A DNA stretch of 64,000 bases from Eledone cirrhosa (Eukaryota), in NCBI GenBank assembly GCA_964016885.1, contig OZ024742.1, positions 92,938,001 to 93,002,000 on the forward strand. The letters are read 5' to 3'. Shown here in pieces: positions 35,158 to 48,677 of the stretch (position 1 is its first letter; every line of letters begins with the position of its first letter). Both the position numbers and the translations under genes were made by a program. The notes under the pieces were generated by a model. That model worked only from the letters and a program-made list of their open reading frames with translations, was not told where the DNA came from and searched no databases.

Positions 35158-36845
35158 CCATCATCATTATCCTCATCATCATCACCATTTTATATTGATT
35201 CTTCCAAGCTAGTATGGGTTAGACGGATTGTCCTGTTGTGAGCAATGTTAGGTCGGCTGACCTTGTCTTGCTCATACGAGAACTGATTTTGGCTGGATTT
35301 CTACAGCTGGATGCCCTTCCTAACACAAACCTCATTTACAGTGAGTGCTGGGTGCTTTTTTTCTGTGGCACCTACACATCCACTTTACAGTGTGGGCTGG
35401 GTGCTTTTTTGTTGTGACACCTCCACGACCACTTTGCAGTGGGGGGGATGGGGGCATATAGCCTATATGCTTCGACTTCGGCTTGTACTTGTGGGAAGTC
35501 GGGTCTTCTGTATTATTGCGTGACGCCAGAGGTCTCGGTTCTGTGTCATCACCGTTGAGAGGTGCAATTGGGCAAGGTCGACTTTTCTCACCTCGTCCCA
35601 GGTCTTCTTGGGTCTCCCCACTCCATGGCTTCCATTGACTTCTAGTACTCTGCACCTTTCTATGCAGCTGTCATCCTTCATATGCATCACATATCCATAC
35701 CAACGCAACCTCCTCTCCTGCACACAGCATTTGATTCCTCTTATGCTCAGTTTCTCTCTCAATTCATTCATGCTTTGCTGTTCACCTATATTACTATCAC
35801 ACATCCATCAGAGCATCCAAGCTTCGTTTCTTTCTAGTCTACCCAAGTCTTCTACACACAATGTGCAGGTCTCACTACCATGTAACATTGCTGTTCGTAT
35901 GCACGCATCATACAGTCTACCTTTAATTTTGAGGGGAAAGCCTTTTGCAGCTAGCAGTGACAGTAGCTTCCTGAACTTCTTCTATCCTGTTCTTACTCTG
36001 GCTACTGTACTTTCCAAACACGCACCTCCATTGCTAATTCGGTCTCCTAGTAGTTTGGTGGTGCTTGTTTCCTGCGGCCATTTGAAGCTTACTGTCCTGG
36101 TGCAGCTGTTGCATGTAATGCCTATATTCTTAGCTAAGATTCCTGAGATCCCACTACATCTCTTGTGTACCCATTGTTTGCATTTGGGGCAGAGGATGGA
36201 GTTCCTACCTACACCTTTCCTACATACTGAGCAAGGCCATTTCTCTGAGGGGATCTAGGCTCTGTTTTCTCATCTACTTACGAGGACCTTAGTCTTTGTC
36301 AGGTTGACTTTGAGACTCTTTCATTGTAGTCCCTGCTTCCATGTTTGGAATTTCTTCTCTAGTTCCACCATAGATTCAGCGATGTGTGTGAGATCATCCA
36401 CATACAGGAGTTCCCACGGGCATCCGGTCTTAAACGCCTCTATTATCGCCTGCAATACCATAATGAACAGGAGATGGACACCGACCTGTATGCTAAATTT
36501 CTCGCTATAGTCATTGTTAACCCTAACTTTGCTGACTGCTCCCCTATACATGGCTTGTACTGCTTTCACAAGCTATTCATCTACACTTTTCTAAGATCCC
36601 ACCAGATTATAGCGCGAGGCACTCTGTTGAAGGCTTTTTCCAGATCGACAAATGCCAGGTAGAGCAGCTTACTTTTAGCTAGGTACTTTTCCTGTAACTG
36701 CCTCACAAGGAAGAGGGCATCAGTGGTGCCTTTTCCTACCACAAACCCAAATTGCATCTCGGCTAGTTTTACTCGGTCCTTAATCAACTGTGCTATAACT
36801 CTTTCTGTTACTTTCATAACCTGGTCCATCAGCTTTATACCTCTA
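35158..36845 (-). mobile_element. RTE LINE 5'-truncated, decayed (copy I), with PHD finger at 36102-36233
   Basis: RT motifs FVDLEKAFNRV and LLYVDDL; C4HC3 retained; GAT tail. Confidence 0.92.
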
Positions 36846-36913
36846 TGTACATATATTTTACGTATGTATATATGTCTGTATGTGGTATAGGTATATATAT
36901 ATATATATATATC

Positions 36914-37176
36914 CAGTCCTAAATAAATGACGTTGTGTAGGTGTCACGACAAAAATAAACACAGTCCACGCTGTAATGTGTAGGTAACACGGTAAAAACC
37001 TTCCAGTCGACACTGTAAATGGGGTTGGTGTTAGGAATGGCATCCAGCCGTAGAAAACCTGCCAGACAGTCCTATATGAGCGAGACGACCAACCTTGCCT
37101 CAAGTGGGACAATTCCCGTCTAAACCCATGCTAGCGTGGAAGATTGACGTCAAACGATGATGATGATGATGATGAT
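36914..37176 (+). mobile_element. RTE 3'UTR fragment (copy J) within (TA)n
   Basis: UTR units, cccatgctagcgtgg, (GAT)n. Confidence 0.88.
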
Positions 37177-37253
37177 ATATGTATATATATATATATATAA
37201 AGGTTTACATATACATAAAGTCATAGATATATATGTTGCATATATATATATAA

Positions 37254-37314
<61 letters not shown>

Positions 37315-37318
<4 letters not shown>

Positions 37319-39675
37319 ATATTAATAAATGGAAACTTTATTTATAAAACTATAATTATTTTATTATATATATTTCAAGGGCAACCAAGGCAAATTATGG
37401 TGCGCTTTCATGAGATAAAATACAGATTTGTTTTATAAATAAATATTGACATACAATTAAACTATCATATTCTACCACTATGAATTTAGTGCAGAATATA
37501 AATAGAATTAATAATAGAAACTTAAAACTTAACCAAAATAGCATTAATACCTCTAGCAATACCCAATATAATGATACGGTTCCCAATAATATAAATTCCA
37601 ATAAATGTAATTGTAGAGATAAATTTAACTGTCCTTTAAATAATAACTGTTTAGTTAAAAATGTAGTATACAATTGCAATGTCAAAACCAATGATAATTC
37701 CTTTAATTGCAATGTCAAAACTAATGATAATTCCTTTAACTATGTCGGCTCTACTTCGACAGACTTCAAATCTCGTTTCAATAACCATAAATTTTCCTTT
37801 ACGAATATTGGTAAAAAATCTTCAAATTCTCTATCCAACTTATTATGGAACTTAAAATCCAAGAATATAAACTATTCTTTATCTTGGAATATTGTCTCCA
37901 AAGCACCATCCTACACAGCTCTATCCAAATTTTGCAGCCTATGCATCGAAGAGATATTCTTTATACTAAAATGTAGGAACTCTATTAATTTGCGTAATAA
38001 TTTATTTAGTTCTTGTAAATATCGTTTAAATTAAACTTTTAGATATATATATAAAATGTAATATATGGTCAACCTTCCTTACATAACGTTTTCTATATCC
38101 AAACACCTATAAACTGATCCCTCATATTATATCTATATATGATTCAATAATTTAATATAATTCTAACCTTAATAACTTCCTAAATATATAAAATACACTT
38201 ATTAAATTTTAATTTACTCCTTAAAACCTTTACTTTCTAATATTTCTACTTCATATATATACTTTGTATTATTACACTTATCAATCCTATCTCCAAAAAA
38301 TATATCATAACCTTTTTTATATGACTACTTTAAGAAAAGGTTTTGAAAATTCTAAAAATTTCCTTTGAAAGACTTTCTGAAAATTTTTGAAAAACTTTTG
38401 GTAAAATGTTTGAAAGATACGGAAAAACCATTATTTTCATATCTTCCAATATTTTTATATCTTCCAATATTTTAAACATTTTAAATATTTATGTATTTTC
38501 ATATTAATTATATATATGTGGAATAATGTATGTGTTATGTTTTAATTATATTTTAAGATGAATTTTTATAACTTTTTATAACTTCTTATAACTTTTTAAA
38601 GAGATTTTTATCTATCCTTGGAGTCATTTGATTTTTTTTTTAAATCCCTTTTAACTTCCTTTAAACTTCCTTATTGGTTTTATAATCTCAATTTTTATAG
38701 TCTTAATTTATAGTCTGAATTTTTAAATGGTTTTAATATATACTTCTAATTAAGTACTTATTCCTTTGTAAACTCTCATAAATTTTCGTAATTTTTGGAA
38801 TTATTTGGATGTTTAAGATTTGACTTGCAACTATTAATAAATTCTGGATAAATATAATTTTGCCAAACTTACTTTAATCAAATAAACTATACTAGATTTT
38901 TTCCAATGTAAAATACTATACATTTAAATAATTTACAATCTATAACATAACATACCCATCTAAACCCATATATTATTAATACATCTTAATATATTTTAAA
39001 TACTTCTTTTTGCAATATATCTTATTTTAATTAAATTTTAATTAAATTTTTAATTAAATTCTAACAATATTTTTTTATCCTTAATTTAATTTTTTAACAT
39101 ATCATTATAAATATTATAAACATAGCATAATGAACGTTATACTTACGTTCTGAGTATTCATCCAGGTAAAACTTATTTCTCTGTTCACTTCGCTTCTCTT
39201 CACTATCACTATGCATAATCTTGTCTTTCCTTCTTCTCTCTTTCTCTTTCTCTCTCTCTCAATATTTTTTCCCCTCTCCCTTTTACATCTCCTTTCTTCC
39301 AGCAGTTTAATTTAAATAAACCGTTGTTTTTTCAATTTTTCTGACACTCATTTGCATACTCACTCATAACTTTATATCACCCTCAATAAAATATTATCTC
39401 CACTATTCAGAGAACTTCAACCGTTAAGGTTGTCTTTTTTCCGGGTATGTCAATATTTATTTATAAAACAAATCTGTATTTTATATAATGAAAGCGTACC
39501 ATAATTTGCCTTGGTTGCCCTTGAAATATATATAATAAAATAATTATGGTTTTATAAATATAGTTTCCATTTATTAATATATTGAATATTTACTCCACTA
39601 ATCAGTTGAGTGCTTTATATCAGTTATAACATTTTTAAGCTTATTGAATCCCAACAAATTAAATATAACCTCTGC
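37315..39675 (+). mobile_element. Penelope-like element remnant with inverted termini (37315-37454 / 39445-39585) and 3' tail
   Basis: ~140-bp inverted repeats with decayed hammerhead cores, a GIY-YIG ORF inside, (TA)n on both flanks. Confidence 0.82.
37480..38034 (+). pseudogene. PLE C-terminal GIY-YIG endonuclease (Naiad-like cysteine pattern), RT absent
   Basis: CNCR..CPLNNNCL..VVY..YVGST..FKSRFNNH..SF..LS..W.LK..W.I..CSLC.EE..IN.RN, with an internal 33-bp tandem duplication (CNVKTNDNSFN twice). Confidence 0.8.
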
Positions 39676-39717
39676 ATATATATATATATATATATATTTG
39701 TGCGTGCGTATGTATAT

Positions 39718-42512
39718 AAATTCTGCGACGCCAATGACATGTCGATATGTAACACAAACTTCAAAAAACCCGACAACCACCTGATCACCTATAGATCAGG
39801 GGAGCATTCTAGTCAGATAGATTTTATCCTCATCAGAGGACGTGACAGATGGACGGTCATAAACACAAAAGCCTTCCCTGTGAGGAATGTACCTCCCAAC
39901 ATAGCTTAGTTGTCAGTGACCTCACAGTCAGAACTAGATGAACCTGGAAACAGAGGCCAACCTGGAGAAGAAAGATCTGGAAGCTGAAAGACCCCTCAGC
40001 CAGTAACAGATTTAAAGATATTTTACTCAACGCCTACGACAATAAAGAAGAACAAATAGAGACATTCTATGTAGAAGAGCACTGTGATTTCCTAAAAAAT
40101 AACTTACTAGAGGCGACGATGAGATCTGTGGCTGGAGTAAGACCTCAAGCAGGAGGAGAGTGACTTGGTGGTGGAACAATAAGGTAGATGAGGCAGTTAA
40201 GGCCAAGAGACAGGCATGGAAAGAATGGAAGAATGGGGGAAGCAGGGTACATTACATAGAGACCAAGAGGAAGCTAGGCGACAAGTATACTTAGCTAGGA
40301 GGGAAGCAGAGGATAGAAAATTCAAGCATGTTTTGCAACGTGAGGACCAGAAACAGGAGGTGTTCAAGATTGCGAGGCAGTGTGTCAGAATTGTGATGTC
40401 ATTGGAGAGAAGTGTATCTGAAATGATAAAGGTGAGCTTGCCCTCACAAGTGCTGAGAAGAAAGATGCATGGAAGAGCCATTATGATAGATTACTAAATG
40501 AGGAGAATGCATGGGAAGAAGAGACCCTATAGGGGGGCCAGCAGTACAAGTCAGCAGCAGCGTAGTAAGTAAGGCAATAAAAAATATGAAGATGGGGAAG
40601 GCAACCGGTCCATCGGGTATAGCTGCCGAGATGCTGAAGGCATCTGGGTCTGTAGGTCACACTATAACCACACGTATTGTTAACCAGGTAATACTAGAAG
40701 GTGTCATACCAAAAGATTGGTGCAGTAGCATCATTGATAACTGCTACAAAGGTAAAAGTGATGCACTAAATAGAGGAAACTATAGAGGTATAAAGCTGAT
40801 GGACCAGGTCATGAAAGTAACAGAAAGAATTATAGCACAGTTGATTAGGGGCCGGGTGAAACTAGATGAGATGCAATTTGGGTTTGTACCAGGAAGAGGC
40901 ACCACTGATGCCCTCTTCCTTGTGAGGCAGTTACAGGAAAAGTACCTAGCTAAAAGTAAGCCACTCTACCTGGCATTCGTCAATCTCGAGAAAGCTTTTG
41001 ATAGAGTTCTCCATGTGCTATAATCTGGTGGGCTCTTATAAAACTAGGAGTAGATGAATGGCTTGTGAAAGCTGTACAAGCCATGTATAGGGGAGCAGTC
41101 AGCAAAGTTAGGATTAGCAATGAGTATAGCGAGGAATTTAGCGTGCATGTTGGTGTCCACCAGGGCTCTGTTCTTAGCCCTCTCCTGTTCATCATAGTCC
41201 TGCAAGCAATAACGGGGGAGTTTAAGACAGGATTCCCATGGGAACTCCTGTATGCAGATGATCTCGCACTTATAGCTGAATCTATGGTAGAACTAGAGAA
41301 GAAATTCCAAACTTGGAAGCAGGGACTAGAAAGAAAGGGTCTCAAAGTCAACCTGACAAAGACTAAGGTAAGTAGACTAGAAAACAGAACCTAGATCCCC
41401 ACAGGGAAATGGCCTTGCTCAGTATGTAGGAAAGGTGTAGGTAGGAACTCCATTCTCTGCCCCAAATGCAAACAATGGGTACACAAGAGATGTAGCGGGA
41501 TCTCAGGAAGCTTAATTAAGAATGTAGGCTTCACATGTAGCAGCTGTGCTGGGACAGCAAGCAGCAAACAGCCACAGGAAACAAGTACCAACAATCTCTG
41601 GGCGGGCTCTGTAGAAACAGTAGACAGCTTCTGCTACCTAGGTGACCGAATTAGCAGCGGAGGTGGGTGTTCAGAAAGTACAATAACTAGGGTAAGAACG
41701 GGATGGAAGAAGTTCAGGGAACTACTGCCACTGCTAGCTGCAAAAAGCTTCTCTCTCAAAATGAAAGGCAGACTGTATGATGCGTGTATACGAACAGCAA
41801 TGTTACATGGTAGTGAGACCTGGACGCTGAAGTTGGAAGACTTACGTATATTAGAAAGAAACGAAGCCTGCATGCTCCGATGGATGTGTAATAGTAATAT
41901 ACGCGAACAGCAAGCATAAATGATTGAGAGAGAGACTGAGCATAAGAGGAATCAAATGCTGTGTGCAGGAGAGGCGGTTGCATTGGTATGGGCATGTGAT
42001 GCGTATGAAGAATGACAGTTGCATAAAAAGGTGCAGAGCACTAGAAGTCAAGGGAAACCGCGGAGTGGGGAGACCCAAGAAGACCTGGGATGAGGTGATA
42101 AAAGCCGACCTTACCCAATTACACCTCTCAAAGGCATTGACACACGACTGTGACCTCTGGCATCACGCAGTAATACAGAGTACCCGACCTCCCATGGGTA
42201 CAAGCTGAAACATATAGACAATAAGCCCCCACACCCTCCCACTGCAAAGTGGTCGTGGAGGTGCCACGGCAAAAAAGCACCCAGCCCACACTGTAAAGTG
42301 GACATGTAGGCACCACGGAAATAAGCACCCAGCACTCACTGTAAATGAGGTTGGTGTTAGGAAGGGCATCCAGCTGTAGAAATCAAGCCAAAATCAGTTC
42401 CTGTATGAGCAAGGCATGGTCAGCCGACCAGACACTGCCCACAACAGGACAACCCGTCTAACCCATGCTAGCATGGAAGAACGGACGTAAAACGGTGATG
42501 ATGATGATGATG
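39718..42512 (+). mobile_element. RTE LINE 5'-truncated, frameshifted (copy K), with PHD finger at 41416-41547
   Basis: APE C-terminal half (ICNTNFKK..TYRSG..QIDFIL), RT (GVHQGSVLSPLLF, LLYADDL), C4HC3, UTR, GAT tail. Confidence 0.94.
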
Positions 42513-42895
42513 TATGTGTTGGTGCATACTTATGCACAGGCCTAAATCTTAACTATACTTTAATGTTCTCATCATTATTTACTTTTACTGTTATTAATAA
42601 CCTCTGTTATTTTCATTTAACAATTTTATTTAAATTATTCTTAAACTCCGCAGCTGGAAATCATTCGGTTATTCTAAATAGAATATTAATCTAACAACTT
42701 CTTTTATACCATAAATGTGTTTTTGTCTTTGCAAGAAATTGTTCTTCCCGCTCCACACAACGACATAATTATCCTCGTTTTTTTCCGTTCATTGCCAGGA
42801 ATTGTCTTCACAAACCAAAGTATCATCTTCTTACTGTCCTTCAGTTGTAACGTTTTTTGAAATATTTACTTTGGCGTCCACAGACTGATTTTTTT

Positions 42896-42946
42896 AGTTT
42901 CAGAAGATCGTGTTAAGGATGAAAGCAGCGATTCTTTGCTTAAACT
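42896..42946 (+). ncRNA. Hammerhead-like motif, CAGAAGA core variant (family C), within family C segment ~42790-42968
   Basis: agttt-CAGAAGA-tcgtgttaaggat-GAAA-gca..tgc-TT-aaact; stem I can be extended (cagactga / ttaatctg). Confidence 0.55.
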
Positions 42947-42989
42947 TTAATCTGTTCTTATAATAAATATATATATATATATATATTTA

Positions 42990-43033
<44 letters not shown>

Positions 43034-43069
43034 TAAATATATATATACATATATATATGTGTGTGTGTG

Positions 43070-43344
43070 TGTTGTTTCCTTGAGCAAGACACTTTATTTC
43101 ACATTGCTCCAATATACTCAGCTGTAGAAATGAGATGATGGGACTGGGATCCCTATCATTCCACTGCAAAGTGGACGTGTAGGCGCCACAGAAAAAAAGC
43201 ACCCAGCACTCACTGTAAATGAGGTTGGTGTTAGGAAGGGAATCCAGCTGTAGAAAGCAAGCCAGAATCAGTTCCCGTCCCACCTTTGCAAGCAGGGAAA
43301 AGCGGACGTAAAATGAAATGAAAATGATGATGATGATGATGATG

Positions 43345-43346
<2 letters not shown>
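43070..43346 (+). mobile_element. Chimeric retrocopy: SINE core fragment + long-UTR module + short-UTR RTE terminus
   Basis: cttgagcaagacactttatttcacattgctcc, then ccactgcaaagtgg..gttaggaaggg, then tttgcaagcagggaaaagcggacgtaaaatg(GAT)n. Confidence 0.7.
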
Positions 43347-43389
<43 letters not shown>

Positions 43390-43962
43390 CGTGTGCTTAA
43401 GTGTGTGCAAAATCATAAACAATGTGACTCACAGAGGAACAAATACTACCCAGATATTTTTAAACCCCACTGGGTCAATGTAGAGCATACAAATCATCAT
43501 TTTGTAACTTCATTTTTGTTTTTGTATTGGTTTGATCTTGAGGAAGGGGATCTGTTTATGCTGTTTGCAGGCCTCCAACAAGGACAACAAGAATAACATG
43601 ATGGTAATAATTTTAAACCTGTTATTTTGCTTGCATGGCTCAAATGAGACTTTTTGAGGCAGTATTATTTGGCTGGATGCTCTTCCTGATGTCAACTGTT
43701 ACTTATATTCAAGTATGGTATTTGAAAACAAGTAAGATACCCATTCCACTAATTTTCACTAGTTGAACAGCTGAGCTGTGGGACATAAACAAACATCACC
43801 AGCTGCCCGAGCAGTGTCAATATAAAAACATACATGGAGCCACACAGAAACACACTCACATACATTAATAGTTTACTAATGATGATCTTGTAGCCTGATA
43901 CTCTAGTGTTTCCTCAGCATACCTCAGGTTCCTTAACTTCTAGTATAGTACTGAATATACAT

Positions 43963-44130
43963 TGTAACATTATGTTTCAATTTAATACTTTATAAATTAT
44001 ATCCCTTCGAGTGTACCTTAAGAAAAGATATCATGTGATTTTAATATTGAAAATTAAGATAATTAAGATGGCGAAATAATGTAACATGTTTAAAAATATG
44101 TCTGCTTCATTTGTGTAAACCAGCATGCCA
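43963..44130 (+). repeat. 5' LTR
   Basis: tgtaac...tgcca, followed by tggtgacagtg. Confidence 0.82.
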
Positions 44131-44623
44131 TGGTGACAGTGAGGTAGTCACACCTAATGACTAAAAAAAAATTGAAAGTCAAACAATCACAAAGAAGTTA
44201 AATTATTCTTTTTTCAAATGTGTGAAAATGAGCTGAATTGAATGGCGAGAGAATTAAATGACTGGTCAAATGGAAACAAGTGCAAAGCTTATAATGAATG
44301 ATTGGATTTTAGGAGGTCTTACTTCACTTTCAACAAAATAGTTGAAAAACTGAAACACAATTATATTTTATCTAGCACAGGAGCGAAGAGTCGAAAATTA
44401 ATACAAAATGCAGATTTTACAGCTGAACAGAAAGAAAAATCAACAAATGTATTCAGTATATTTAGAGTCCATCTGATTAAAAAACCAAGCAAATTAGTTA
44501 GATGATTAGTGTTCCCATCAATACAACAAACTGAAGAGTCAACTGACAAATATTTAGACTTAAATCAAAATCAGAAAGATGTGACTTTGGCACAAAGAGA
44601 AAATAATTCTTGAACACAGATAA

Positions 44624-46611
44624 CACCATGTAACATATTTTTTGTTCCCCGGTTCTAAGTGTCATTTCATGGTTTGATATATCCCATTATTATAAAAAAA
44701 CACTATTATTTAATCAGAAGTTTGGGTTTGTGGTCAGGAGTTTGATATTTCAAAATTTTCATATTTTTCAAGAAAAAACACATTTTTAAAAAATTTATCA
44801 GTTCATATAATTAAATCAACAGAGTATATATTTATTTTATTACACAAGCTTATCAAAAGCAAACAAGTAAAAACAAATAACACTTATAAAGCAACTTATA
44901 CACATCAGAAATGACTGGATTTCCTGGATTTGCGGTTGTAGTCCAGGTCGCATTACTGCACTAGCCCCCAGATATAGTCCCCCATCATTTTTTCATTGTA
45001 GGGGCCCTGGTACCTCCACTCTATCTCTTTCACATCTTGGTGGAGTCATTCGCCTTGTTCTTCTGAGTAGGCGCCCATATTGTCCTTGAATTTTTCCAGG
45101 TGAGCGTCCAGCATATGGAGTTTAAACAACATCCTGCATCACATGGCGCCAAAAGCCTTTATCAGATCCTGCACCAGTTGCTGGTAGTTTTCAGCTCTGT
45201 AGTTGCCCAGGAAGCCCTTAACAACTGCCTTGAAACAGTTCCATGCTGTTCTCTCAATCCTATTGAGCTTATTAGAGAACTCGGTAGACTCAAACACCTT
45301 CTTATTCTGAGGTCCAACAAAAATTCCACCTTTGATTTTGGCCTCAGATAACTTGGGGAAGAACTCAAGAAGGTACTTAAAAGTGGCTGATTCTTGGTTG
45401 AGAGCCTTCACAAACTGCTTCATCAACCCCAACTTAATGTGCAGTAGCGGCATGAGCACAATCCTGGGATCAACCAGTGGCTCCCACATGACGTTCCGGG
45501 TCCCAACTACAAATTCTGTTTGCTGCTCCCAGTTCTTTCTTTTGTAGTGGTCAGAGATGGCTCTGCTGTCCCAAAGGCAGAGGAAGCATTGGAATTTGAT
45601 AAAACCTCCTTGGATTCCAAGCAGGAAAGCCACCATCTTGAAGTCTCCAATGATTTCCCAATTATACTGGTTGTGTTGCAGAGCTTCCAAGAGGACTTTC
45701 ACACTGTAGTAATCTTCCTTCAGGCAGACTGAATGAGCTAGGGGCAGTGTCGGCAACTTGTTTCCATTGTGGAGGAGGACAGCCTTCAAACTTGTGGTGG
45801 AGCTGTCTATAAATAGCCGCCACTCCTTGGGCACAAACGGCACCCCAATAACGTCAAACAGTCCAGGCATGTCATGGCAGAAGCAGAGGCCATCACTAAG
45901 AGTGTAAAAGCCTGAGAAAGTTTTGTGTCGACTTCTCTGACTTGTCACCTGCACTTCCTCCTTGACCAAGTTCCACTGCTTCATCCTGGAGACGAATAGC
46001 TCTGCATTGGACTTGGTCAGACCCATATCCCTGACCAAGTCATTGACTTCTTTTTGGTTTGGGAAGTGAGGAACTCTTTCTGGTACCTCAGGCAGGTAAT
46101 CCAAGTCCTCAGCATCCATCTCCTCCTCTTCATCAGAATACTTGTCTTGGAAAATAAATTTGATATGCAATACAAAATGAATATTGGAAAGAGAAATACA
46201 TATTTAAATAATATAAAAGAACACTAATCATACTAATGAAAATTCGTGCTTAAAACACAACTTACCCTTTATTCATGGTGCGAAAATCCTGTATCAATAA
46301 ATCTCTTTAATCCACTTTTTAACAATTTTATACTTTATTGCACTTTTATAATTTTCTTTAGGTATTACTCTTTATTTTATAATTTTAATTTAACCTGAAA
46401 CATATATAAAAAAATCATTTAACATAAGCAAATTAAACTCACATACAACGTAAAATCCAGCATACAAATAATTCTAGTGAATAGCTTAGAATTTTTACAA
46501 ACCCAAACTTTTAACTGTTTAATAGCACCTTTTTATTTATTTGGGACCTAAGCAAAACAAAAAAGTGATTACAAGCCAAGAACAGAGAAAAAACTTTTTT
46601 GTTACACAGTA
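44624..46611 (-). mobile_element. Chapaev3-like (CMC) DNA transposon inserted in the Gypsy element
   Basis: Termini caccatgtaaca / tgttacacagta, with TAA on both flanks (3-bp TSD) and a transposase inside. Confidence 0.8.
44905..46146 (-). pseudogene. Chapaev3-like transposase main exon
   Basis: NDLVRDMGL, WRLFIDSS..SLKAVLLHNGN, GDFKM, CFLCLWDSRA, LHIKLGLMK; after a frameshift near 45140, KLHMLDAH..SEEQGE*LHQD..RYQG. Confidence 0.85.
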
Positions 46612-46843
46612 TAATAAAAGGACAAAACTGGATTGATGAGAACAAAAATCTTATAAACAAACCAAATCTTATGCTTTAGAAATTATGAAGCTACAATAAA
46701 AAATAGTACATGTTACAATGATGCCAGTGAAAAACAGGTACATGTCATGAAGTGACAACGAAACATATCAGACAGTGTGAAAGATGTAGGAAAGCTCACA
46801 TATAATTGGGCTTGGAACAAATAAACTGTGGTATTACATTACA

Positions 46844-47028
46844 GGGCGGTGGATTGGCAGTATCGGTAGAGGGTCGGACGCCATGCTTTCCAGCATAGTT
46901 ACGTCCCTTTACGATCTGAGTTCAAATCCCGCCGAGGTTGACTTTGCCTTTCATCCTTACGGGGTCGATAAAATAAAGTACCAGTTATGCACTGGGTAAT
47001 TGCTGGCCTTGTGCCTAAAGTAGAAACA
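46844..47028 (+). mobile_element. tRNA-derived SINE
   Basis: Nearly identical to the 20918 copy; 9-bp TSD attacatta (46833-46841 / 47029-47037). Confidence 0.9.
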
Positions 47029-48076
47029 ATTACATTATCAAAAAAAAAAAAAAAAAAAAGAAACAACTGTGAATCATAGTAGACTTTGGATGTGAATACT
47101 TTGATAGATTTCAGGGTATTAGAAATTTTCCAGGGAAACAAACAATACACATTGTTGAAAATGAAACACCAGTGATCTAAACTAAAAAAAAAAAAATATC
47201 CAGTACACTTGAAATATAAAATGAAGAATGGAAGATATAGGTGTGATCACAAAAGTAAATTAACCAACAGACTTGGTAAGTGCTATTGCATGTAGCAGAA
47301 AGAAAAACAGGGAGTTATACATATGCTTAGATCCCAAACCACTGACTATATGCATCAAAAGAAGTTACCACAAAACCCCAACTCTTGAGGAAATTTCCCA
47401 CAAACTAGCTGGTGTTAAATATTTTACAAACTTAGATGCAAAATATGAATATTGATGAAGAATCAAGTGTGCTTACATTCTTCAATATATCTTTTGGTAG
47501 ATACATATACTTAAGGTGTCCCTTTGACTCAAGACATCCAGGACATTTATCAGTCCAAAATAAACCAAATACTGGAAAACTGTGCAGAAGCCAGTGGTAT
47601 ATCTGATGGTATTTGCATTTATAGCAAAACAATTGAAGATCATAAGAACTTGAGGAAGGCAATGGATATGGTTAGAAATATGGTCGTTTTCAAAGAAGAC
47701 AAGTTCAAAGTGAAACAAAACATGAAATTTTATGGTCTTATCTGGGATAAAAATAGCTCTCACCCGAATCCAGAAAAATCTGATAAAATCAATTCAAAGC
47801 CTACACCTACAAACTGTGAAGAACTTCAGCAATTACTAGGTATGATCCGATACTTAAGCCCTTTCATATCAGAACTTAGCTCTAGAACAGCCCCACTGAA
47901 ATCACTATTCAAGAAAGACACTGATGGCAATGAAATAGTACTCATGAAAAAAGCTTTTTGTACAATTGGATGACTGTGCTCATGAAAATATCTGACTAGC
48001 TTATTTCAAACCTAATGCAAAGACACTGATCAAAGAAGCTTCAAGTATGTTAGGTCTAGGTGCAACATTAATTAAT

Positions 48077-48267
48077 TGTTTCTACTTTTGGTACAAGGCC
48101 AGCAATTATCCCAGTGTATTACTGATACTTTATTTTATCAACCCCGTAAGGATGAAAGGCAAAGTTAATCTCGGTGAGATTTGAACTCAGACCATAAAGG
48201 GCCGTAATCTTTGCTGCAAAGCATGGCATCAGACCCTCTACCGATACTGCCAATCTACCACCGTACA
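48077..48267 (-). mobile_element. tRNA-derived SINE inserted in the Gypsy RNase H
   Basis: Exact 19-bp TSD aggtgcaacattaattaat (48058-48076 / 48268-48286). Removing the SINE restores LGLGATLINDGKIVAFAS. Confidence 0.93.
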
Positions 48268-48677
48268 AGGTGCAACATTAATTAATGATGGCAAAATTGT
48301 TGCATTTGCTAGCAAAAGACTGAGTCATGATATACAAACACAGAAAGAAAGTTACTTGCAGAGGTGTTTGGTTATGAAAAGTTTCATATTTATATGTACA
48401 GGAAAAAGTTCCATATTGAATCAGACCATAAATCATTGGAAAATATACAGAGCAAAAACATTGCACAAGTACCCCCAATACTGCAAAGAATGTTACTAAG
48501 GCTACAACTGTATGATGCTCATCTCATATACAAACCAGGTAAATGAGAGATCCAAATTATTTATCAAGAGTAAAGCTAACACAAGACAAAGTAATTGACT
48601 TAGATCTTAAAATACATGCTGTTGATATATCAGTACAGAAGCTAATCAATCTACAAGAAGCTACAGAAGATGGAAAC

